NCBI GenBank assembly: GCA_964016885.1
Contig: OZ024741.1
Location: forward strand, 49,228,001 to 49,292,000
Length of the DNA stretch: 64,000 nt
Direction: 5' to 3'
DNA from: Eledone cirrhosa
Lineage: Eukaryota
Shown: piece after piece, positions 54,618 to 64,000 of the stretch
Position numbering within the stretch: the stretch's first letter is position 1
How the letters are laid out: every line of letters begins with the position of its first letter
Program-made: the position numbers and the translations under genes
Notes under the pieces: model-generated
What the model saw: the letters and a program-made list of their open reading frames with translations, nothing else
Told to the model about the DNA's origin: nothing
Database searches by the model: none

Positions 54618-55732
54618 AACCCACCCCATCACTACCTACCCACCCCATCACTACCTACCCACCCCATCATTACCTACCCACTCCATCACTACCTACCCAC
54701 CCCATCCTTACCTACCCACCCCATCATTACCTACCCACCCCATCACTACCTACCCACCCCACCACTACCTACCCACCCCATCACTACCTACCCACCCCAT
54801 CACTACCTACACACCCCATCATTACCTACCCACCCCATCATTACCTACTCACCCCATCATTACCTACCTACCCACCCTACATTTACTTCCCTACCCACCC
54901 TATCATTACCTACCCGCCCTATCCTTACCTCCCTACCCACCCACTATCACCTCCATACCCACCCCATCATTACCTACCCACACTCCATCCTACCATTAGC
55001 CCCCTACCCACCCCATCATTACCTACCTACCCACCCCAACATTACCTCCCTATCCACCCCATCATTACCTCTCTACCCACCCCAACATTACCTCCCTATC
55101 CACCCCATCATTACCTCTCTATCCACCCCAACATTACCTCCCTACCCACCCCATCATTACCTCTTTACCCACCCCATCATTACCTCCCTACCCACCCCAT
55201 CATTACCTACCTACCCACCCCATCATTACCTACCCACACACCCCATCATTACCTACTTACCCACCCCATCATTACCTACCCACACCCCCATCATTACCTA
55301 CCTACCCACAACATCATTACCTACCCACACACCCCATCATTACCTACCTACCCACCCCATCATTACCTACCCACGCACCCCATCATTACCTACCTACCCA
55401 CCCCATCATTACCTACCTACCCACCCCAACATTACCTCCCTATCCACCCCATCATTACCTCTCTACCCACCCCATCATTACCTCCCTACCCACCCATCAT
55501 TCCCTACCTACCCTCCCATCATTACCTACCTACCCCATCATTACGTACCCACCCCATCATTAACTACCCAATCCATCATTACCTATCCACCCCATTATTA
55601 CCCCTACCCACCCCACCATTACCTACCCACCCCAACATTACCTCCCTACCCACCCCATGATTACCTCCCTACCACCGTATCATTACCTACCTCCCCACCT
55701 AATCATTACCTCCCTACCCACTCCATCATTAT
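54618..55732. repeat. ~19-bp C-rich minisatellite
   Basis: The unit is CCCACCCCATCATTACCTA with variants. It explains the 395-aa Pro/His/Thr ORF. Confidence 0.92.
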
Positions 55733-55764
55733 CACCGCCTTTCACACAAATCTGGCTGATCACT

Positions 55765-56842
55765 AGATCTGCTAACATACAGATCTGACTGATCAGCCAG
55801 TCTGCTAACATACAGATCTGACTAATCAGTCAGTCTGCTAACATACAGATCTGACTGATCAGCCAGTCTGCTAACATACAGATCTGACTAATCAGTCAGT
55901 CTGCTAACATGCAGATCTGACTGATCAGCCAGTCTGCTAACATGCAGATCTGACTAATCAGTCAGTCTGCTAACATGCAGATCTGACTAATCAGTCAGTC
56001 TGCTAACATGCAGATCTGACTGATCAGTCAGTCTGCTAACCTACAGATCTGACTGATCAGTCAGTCTGCTAACATGCAGATCTGACTGATCAGCCAGTCT
56101 GCTAACATGCAGATCTGACTGATCAGCCAGTCTGCTAACATGCGGATCTGACTGATCAGCCAGTCTGCTAACATGCAGATCTGACTGATCAGCCAGTCTG
56201 CTAACATACAGATCTGACTGATCAGTCAGTCTGCTAACATGCAGATCTGACTGATCAGTCAGATCTGCTAAAAGGCAGATCTGACTGATCAGCCAGTCTG
56301 CTAACATACAGATCTGACTAATCAGCCAGTCTGCTAACATACAGATCTGACTGATCAGTCAGATCTGCTAACATGCAGATCTGACTGATCAGCCAGTCTG
56401 CTAACATACAGATCTGACTGATCAGCCAGTCTGCTAACATACAGATCTGACTGATCAGCCAGTCTGCTAACATACAGATCTGACTGATCAGTCAGTCTGC
56501 TAACATACAGATCTGACTAATCAGCCAGTCTGCTAACATACAGATCTGACTGATCAGCCAGTCTGCTAACATACAGATCTGACTAATCAGCCAGTCTGCT
56601 AACATACAGATCTGACTGATCAGTCAGATCTGCTAACATGCAGATCTGACTGATCAGTCAGATCTGCTAACATGCAGATCTGACTGATCAGCCAGTCTGC
56701 TAACATGCAGATCTGACTGATCAGCCAGTCTGCTAACATGCAGATCTGACTGATCAGCCAGTCTGCTAACATGCAGATCTGACTGATCAGCCAGTCTGCT
56801 AACATGCAGATCTGACTGATCAGCCAGTCTGCTAACATACAA
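55765..56842. repeat. 33-bp palindrome-rich satellite, ~32 units
   Basis: The unit is AGTCTGCTAACATRCAGATCTGACTRATCAGYC. Confidence 0.95.
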
Positions 56843-56912
56843 ATCAGGCCCATCAGTCACTGTATTTTTGAAAATAGCATATATTTTCACTAGCTTTAAC
56901 AGTTTGGCAGGT

Positions 56913-56974
56913 GAACAGTGAGCTGTACTGATGAAGGGTGATACCCAGAAACATTAGTGCCTGCAGTTCTGTTC
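56913..56974 (+). ncRNA. Degenerate type I hammerhead motif
   Basis: GAGCTGTA-CTGATGA-A-GGGT(GAT)ACCC-A-GAAA-CA(TTAG)TG-C-C-TGCAGTTC. U16.1 appears mutated to C. Stem I extends through GAACA/TGTTC. Confidence 0.65.
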
Positions 56975-57141
56975 GCATGCCAACACAAGAGCAAGAATGA
57001 AGTGTTCATTTTACTGACATGGCTATAAAATTGAGGCTTGTTTGCATAATTGCAAACGAATCGAATGTTATAATTAATATTCGAAAAACTCAGATTAAAT
57101 TTATAGTATTCAGCCATGTAGAACGAAATTTTCTTTATATA

Positions 57142-57217
<76 letters not shown>

Positions 57218-57220
57218 TAT

Positions 57221-59461
57221 ATGGGAGGAGGTTATAGTTCACTTGAAGCATTGTGTAATGAGGTATAAATGTTTGAATATGTGTAATAAAGCCAAAACAA
57301 TGCAGGTATGGACATAGAAAAAAGAATGCAATTGTAAAAGATATTGTTGACAATTCGTCCTTTACTTTAGATTTATTTAAATGTCCTTAATTTTCGAGAT
57401 AATATCTCTTCTTCAGAGGGAAATAAAGGTCTCAAACCAGCGTTCTAAATATCTTGCCAAGCCATGCTGACAGGAAATAGTATAGAGTATCTGTTCTATC
57501 TCTAATGTCAAAGAGTTAAAATTAGGTGGATAAAGAGTAGTCTCCCTTTAAAAGGGGTTTGTTTAGGGTTGTTTTTTTTTAAATATTTTATATACATGCC
57601 TGTATAAGTGTGTAGGAGAATGCATGAAGGTGTAAGTATGTGAGTGTGTGTGTGTGAGTGTGAGAAGATAAGTCTATTCGTAAATGTGGGGGATAGGTGT
57701 TATCTGGTGTTAGAACTGGTTATGTGTGTGTATGTGTGAGAGAGAATAAGTGGAGGTGTAAGCGTGTGTGTGTGCGCGTGCGTGTGTGTGTGTGGGGTGT
57801 GTAAATATGGGACTAGAAGCCATATCAGGTTATAAATTGGGTGTTGAGTTCTAGTCTATTATTGATTGGTGGTTGTGTTTTATCTATAATTAGTGCTTCC
57901 TTAATTCTAAGATTGCCGATGTTTCTTTCCTTAGTTTCTATCCTAACTGTTATGGTTTTGTCGGTGTTTTTGCATTTAACTAGGTGTTTCTTAAATGAGG
58001 AGGCGTTAGTATTGAGGTTTTCTTTTATTCTTATGTGGAGTGGTCTGGTGGTGCTACCTACGCAGAAGTTGTTGCATTTGTCACACTCTAGTCTGTATGG
58101 AACACCCCGATGACCGCGGATCCCTATCTCTACTGGACTTCCAACTCAGGGTAACAGAGGAAGGCAACATCCACACATGCTTCTATAAAAAAAGCCGCCA
58201 GCAGGGACCTGTTCGTACATTTCAGATCCGCCCTCCCACTCGGTGCCAAGTTCGGATACATAAGGAACAAACTGGCACGTATCCGGAACAAATGCACCGA
58301 CGCTAGAGACCGAGACACACACACCACACATTTCCTGGAAGTACTCAAACTGAACGGATATACGACATCCACCACAAACCGTGCCAGAAAGAACAGAGGA
58401 CACCATACCCGAGGCACTAACACTTGCTTCCTGAAGCTCCCACACTTCAGTGAAGAAACAACAACAGCCATCCGCAAAGCCATCAGACGAGAGGGACTGG
58501 ATATCCAACTGGCCCACTCGGGTCCTTCTTTGCGCGGACGGCTGGCCAAGAGACACTCCACCAGACATGACAACTGCTGCAGACTAGCCAACTGCCCCAT
58601 CAACGACACAGACCTATGCCACCAGGCTTACGTCGTATACAGACTAGAGTGTGACAAATGCAACAACTTCTACGTAGGTAGCACCACCAGACCCCTCCAC
58701 ATAAGAATAAAAGAACACCTCAATACTAACGCTTCCTCATTTAAGAAACACCTAGTTAAATGCAAAAACACCGACAAAACCATAACAGTTAGGATAGAAA
58801 CTAAGGAAAGAAACCTCGGCAATCTTAGAATTAAGGACGCACTAATTATAGATAAAACACAACCACCAATCAATAATAGACTAGAACTCAACACCCAATT
58901 TATAACCTGATAGGGCTTCTAGTCCCATATTTACACACCCCACACACACACACGCACGCGCACACACACACGCTTACACCTCCACTTATTCTCTCTCACA
59001 CATACACACACATAACCAGTTCTAACACCAGATAACACTTATCCCCCACATTTACGAATAGACTTATCTTCTCACACTCACACACACACACTCACATACT
59101 TACACCTTCATGCATTCTCCCACACACTTATACAGGCATGTATATAAAATATTAAAAAAAAACCCCTAAACAAACCCCTTTTAAAGGGAGACTACTCTTT
59201 ATCCACCTAATTCTAACTCTTTGACATTAGAGATAGAACAGATACTCTATACTATTTCCTGTCAGCATGGCTTGGCAAGATATTTAGAACGCTGGTTTGA
59301 GACCTTTATTTCCCTCTGAAGAAGAGATATTATCTCGAAAATTAAGGACATTTAAATAAATCTAAGGTAAAGGACGAATTGTCAACAATATCTTTTACAA
59401 TTGCATTCTTTTTTCTATGTCCATACCTGCATTGTTTTGGCTTTATTACACATATTCAAAC

Positions 59462-59468
<7 letters not shown>
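57221..59468 (+). mobile_element. 5'-truncated Penelope-like element with a ~830-bp inverted duplication
   Basis: 58100-58910 encodes EHPDDRGSLSLLDF, CRLANCPINDTDLC and VVYRLECDKCNNFYVGSTTRPLHIRIKEH (GIY-YIG), with one frameshift in an A-run near 58190. Segment 57265-58098 is the inverse of 58636-59468. HHR motifs lie at 59311-59348(+) and 57384-57421(-). Confidence 0.93.
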
Positions 59469-59542
<74 letters not shown>

Positions 59543-60082
59543 GATATATAGGAAAATAGTCAGGACCTCGACGGCTGAGCTCCGGCCGTTTCGACAGCTA
59601 GATCCGAACTGTATATATATATATATTAGAAGGGAAGTAAGATTCTATACAAAACATTGGTTATAGAGAAAAGGTAAGATTGGAAATACCACTAAAAATA
59701 TATTTAAGGGTCTGCTTTTCTTTTTTTTCTTTCATTGATTCGTCAAAGTGGCATTATTGGAAAAATGAGAGGGACAATTCTTTTTAAAAAAGAGTTTTAT
59801 AATGTATATAAGGTATATAAAGTATTACCGGTTTCGATGTATTAGTAAAATTCATCTTAACTATTTCACGTCAACTGGTCCCGCTCCCTTTAACATCACA
59901 CCAAAAACACGTAAAAACAGAAACAGATCCCATAAAATTCCCTACACCTGGATATGTCTACGAAAACAATAACTATCCACTTGACTGGGCCAATACTGAT
60001 AATATTAAGTTAGACATAGCTTGAGCCAATATTGACCGAAACCTATCAAAGTTACACACACACACACAGACAGACACACACA

Positions 60083-60152
<70 letters not shown>

Positions 60153-60230
60153 GGCGCGTGGCTGAGTGGTAAGAGAATTGGATTCGCAATCGTGAGGTTG
60201 TGAGTTCGATTCCTGGAAAGGGTGATGCGT
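60153..60230 (+). mobile_element. tRNA-derived SINE head
   Basis: A box TGGCTGAGTGG and B box GAGTTCGATTCC, with no convincing acceptor stem. Confidence 0.65.
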
Positions 60231-60363
60231 TATGTCTTTCTACCCGGAGTTGCGACCGATAGAGAGCATTAACAATTGGAAAGACCAATGGGAACATTGC
60301 TTCCTCGGTACGATTTGGCGAAAGACGATCGACTGTCGATATAGTATTAGAGGCTAATTATAA

Positions 60364-60413
<50 letters not shown>

Positions 60414-60619
60414 TAGGCAGTTGCCATTTTACGTCTGTAAGTATAGATTTAATATTTAAAATTCTCTAGATCGATACAGACGGACTATATGTACTTGAAT
60501 TAAGGTATTTCTATCTGGCTAAAAAATTATTGTCATTTTGCAAAAAAAAACACAGTAGTGTTGATCATATATTTTTTAATTTTTAATTTCTAAATTGTAA
60601 TATATATATATATATATAT

Positions 60620-61161
60620 TTCGTTTCTGAATTTGTTTAGCAAGATTCTTTATCTGAAATCGTGTGTTGAAACCGATATTGTTATACTTTGGGAGGGTCA
60701 TGTTGCCAATAAGAAACACACGCACCAGTTGCTTTCACTTCAATTTATTATAATAAATTTATAATAAATTTATAAATTTCTGGTTGGTTGGTTGGTTCCA
60801 CAACCAGATAGTTGTTTATATATTGTCATAGTTCTTTCGTCACACACTCTGTGACCTCTTCAGTGACTGGGGATTCCTTTCTTTGTTTTTGTGCCTCTCC
60901 TTTGTTCTGTCCTACGCCATTTTGTTTCTGTGACACACAGAACAAAGGAGGCACAAAAACAAAGAAAGGAATCCCCAGTCACTGAAGAGGTCACAGAGTG
61001 TGTGACGAAAGAACTATGACAATATATAAACAACTATCTGGTTGTGGAACCAACCAACCAACCAGAAATTTATAAATTTATTATAAATTTATTATAATAA
61101 ATTGAAGTGAAAGCAACTGGTGCGTGTGTTTCTTATTGGCAACATGACCCTCCCAAAGTAT

Positions 61162-61168
<7 letters not shown>
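60620..61168. mobile_element. Fold-back element with ~235-bp arms and a hammerhead in each arm
   Basis: Arms are 60676-60910 and 60937-61168. The HHR at 60978-61020 reads GTCA-CTGAAGA-G-GTCACA(GAGTG)TGTGAC-GAAA-GAAC-T-A-TGAC, mirrored at 60825-60867(-). Confidence 0.85.
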
Positions 61169-61218
<50 letters not shown>

Positions 61219-61221
<3 letters not shown>

Positions 61222-61840
61222 TAACTATAATAAAGGAAGGTCTGCGGGATTGCGTCCATAATATATTTTTTTACCCCGTTTGTATAATAAGTTGGATTAC
61301 TTTGAATAAATAATTGTTTCTACTTTAGGCACAAGGCCAGAAATTATCCCAGTGTATTACTGGTACTTTATTTTATCGACCCCGTAAGGATGAAAGGCAA
61401 AGTTAACCTCTACGGGATTTGAACTCAGACCATAAAGAGCCGTATGAATGAATATTACATAATTTATGTGCTAAATTTTGTGGCTGTTGATTAAATATAT
61501 TTTATAGCTTAATCTTTAAAATTCACTTCTTTAAAATGATCAAATGTCAACACTTCCGGTTAGCGGCAGTTATATTATAACACTTATAATCGCATATATT
61601 TCCGTCGTTAATTTTCTCCTAATGCAGTTTATATATAATGTCGTCTTTTTTTAAATATATCATGAATTACTGATTACAGAAGACAGTGTAACATAGGCTT
61701 TGTTCAATTTCTGTGTATATTGTCAATTACGATTTTATTTGATGTATCTATATTTACATGCATATATATTTGTGTATAATATCAATATACACACTACACA
61801 TGCTAGCAGAAAACCACGCGTTAGGTGGTTTTTCTGCTAG
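61219..61840 (+). mobile_element. Complete non-autonomous Helitron with a captured SINE
   Basis: Starts A|TC and ends with the hairpin CTAGCAGAAAACCAC...GTGGTTTTTCTGCTAG|T. An antisense SINE lies at 61312-61442. Confidence 0.82.
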
Positions 61841-62127
61841 TATATATAATTAGTCTCTAATACTTAAACATCTCAATGACACGTATATGTACATGAATGA
61901 ATGAACCTCTGTCGGTTTCAATGACGAGTGCTCTGGTTTTTCTACGGAACACCCTGCATTCCACAGACACCTGTTCTCTAGACGGAACTCTCAGGTAGAT
62001 TCAGCGTGTGACCAACAGTTTCCAGACGGTTTCTGCCTACCCAATTCCACACACATGGTAAATGAAATTTGCCCAAGATACGGATTGTATCGAACCGAGC
62101 GAACTTCTTAACGATTCTGCCATCTTG

Positions 62128-62196
<69 letters not shown>

Positions 62197-62346
62197 GTGT
62201 GTGCGTGTGTGTGTGTGTGCGTGTGTGCGTGTGTGCGTGTGTGTATGCCGCGGGTTCAATCGGTGGCAACCACAGTAAGTAAGGTACTCAATACATAACA
62301 GAGTATAAATATTTAATATAGAAATGGCTTCTGCAGGACTAGAACT

Positions 62347-62446
62347 GTGGGCCGAAATTCCGATTCTCGATAATTTATTTGTATTTATATATATATATAT
62401 ATATATAAATACAAATAAATTATCGAGAATCGGAATTTCGGCCCAC
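62347..62446. repeat. Perfect 100-bp palindrome centred on (TA)n
   Basis: GTGGGCCGAAATTCCGATTCTCGATAATTTATTTGTATT-(TA)n-AATACAAATAAATTATCGAGAATCGGAATTTCGGCCCAC. Confidence 0.93.
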
Positions 62447-62748
62447 GAAATAACGAAACACAATCTTCGAAATGCGTGGCAAAGGGCTCAGTAGTTTGGA
62501 TAAACCAGAGCTATAACTATCGTTTAAATACTAACACACGGAGACAATGCTTAAAATCACTCGCACAGCCGAAAAAAACGACCAGGAAAATTCGGGTCAG
62601 ACAAATAATAATATAAATGAATGAAAAATCTTTACCCGGACCCACTAGAATGATGGTAAATTCCAGCTTTTTGGTTTCTGCGTTTCCTAAATCAGTTACA
62701 TAAAAAAATATTCGGCCTCTGGCAGAAAGATGAACGAGGAAAACCACT

Positions 62749-62786
<38 letters not shown>

Positions 62787-62795
62787 GTATATATA

Positions 62796-62868
62796 GGGTA
62801 TCTCAACAAATGTATACACACTTTTATTAGAATGCTGTTGAAGTGTGTATACATCTGTTTCGGACATC

Positions 62869-62871
<3 letters not shown>
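62796..62871. mobile_element. Very short Tc1/mariner-type MITE
   Basis: Imperfect TIRs AGGGTATCTCAACAAATGTATACACACTT and AAGTGTGTATACATCTGTTTCGGACATCCTG, with TA flanks. Confidence 0.6.
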
Positions 62872-62908
<37 letters not shown>

Positions 62909-62967
62909 GAAAAGTATAGAGATTATTGTATGTGTGCGCGTTTGTCTATACATTTGTTTGGGACATC

Positions 62968-63018
<51 letters not shown>

Positions 63019-63174
63019 TGTGTGCGCGTGTGTCTCTATATATTTGTCTGGGCATATACACACACATATACCCATATACACACATACACACATATTTGCA
63101 TTGTGGGAGATTTTTCTCTGAAGACCTGCTGTCCAACTCTCCTGGGAATTACCACTGTATATATATATATATAC

Positions 63175-63471
63175 TGAATAAAAAAAATGGCGTAGACATA
63201 CAACACAACAGGAGGAAAATATAACACCACTGACGATGTTGCAGATGTGCAACGAAAGATTTATGTAAATTATGTAAACTATATATATGTGTTTGTGTCT
63301 ATATTGTATCTGTATTATTTTTGACCGTCGGTCAGTCAGTGGCAACATTGAGGACCGAGTAAGCTAGATTACAGATATAAAAGACAGCGAGAAGCGAAAA
63401 CCAACCAAACAGTGAGTGTGTTCTGTTATTAATTCTGGCAATTTTACACAAATATGACCCTTCCCAAGTAT

Positions 63472-63480
<9 letters not shown>
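63175..63480 (+). mobile_element. (TA)n-embedded element with a hammerhead motif
   Basis: The HHR at 63228-63266 reads CTGACGA-T-GTTGCA(GATG)TGCAAC-GAAA-GATT-T-A, with a weak stem I. The 3' part is homologous to 14869-15059. Confidence 0.7.
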
Positions 63481-63547
<67 letters not shown>

Positions 63548-63578
63548 GCGAGAGTGTATACATACATCGGTTTATGTG

Positions 63579-63609
<31 letters not shown>

Positions 63610-63858
63610 ATGTGTTGGCCAATATGCTGATGTTCTGATGTTACCTTCGTTATTCTATTCACTGACTTCCCACCGCCATCTTACTATCTCTCTGGACTCA
63701 GCAACATCTCTTCTGTCACCATATGTTTTAGATTAAATTCCATTTCCATGATGGCGGCGTCGGGGACATAGCTCATCTTTTCATTCTACTTAGTTTTTCT
63801 CTTTACCGCTATCCACTCTTATTATCTCAGTCCTTTATCTTCCCCCAACACCGTCCTG

Positions 63859-63903
<45 letters not shown>

Positions 63904-64000
63904 ACACACATACACTCACATACATACAAACACACACACACACAGATACATACTCACACACAGACACACAAACGCACACACACACACACACACACACACA

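Noticed and set aside
54579-55766. 395-aa Pro/His/Thr-rich ORF
   Set aside because: It is the translation of a stop-poor 19-bp minisatellite.
60153-60225. tRNA gene
   Set aside because: A and B boxes are present but the acceptor and anticodon stems are poor, so a SINE head fits better.

Overview
AT-rich, microsatellite-saturated eukaryotic DNA. The SINE and transposon content suggests a coleoid cephalopod such as Octopus (inference). I can support no host gene, and nearly all long ORFs in the track are simple-repeat artefacts. The window holds three decayed Penelope-like retroelements (PLEs): one Naiad-type and two of another GIY-YIG type. It also holds RTE, mariner and Helitron fragments, several MITE families, about 20 tRNA-derived SINE copies and large satellites. 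The main unexplained signal is roughly 25-28 type I hammerhead-ribozyme (HHR) motifs, counted and folded by eye, belonging to about 10 or more sequence families. Most sit in short non-coding elements embedded in (TA)n tracts and arranged as inverted or tandem duplications, as expected for retrozymes or non-autonomous PLEs. Three apparently unrelated families carry a compensatory U3-A8 catalytic core (TTGATAA), and three motifs carry U4C. The Naiad copy has an in-frame TGA at a conserved Cys, which may be a selenocysteine relic or ordinary decay. Coordinates were read by hand and may be off by a few bases.
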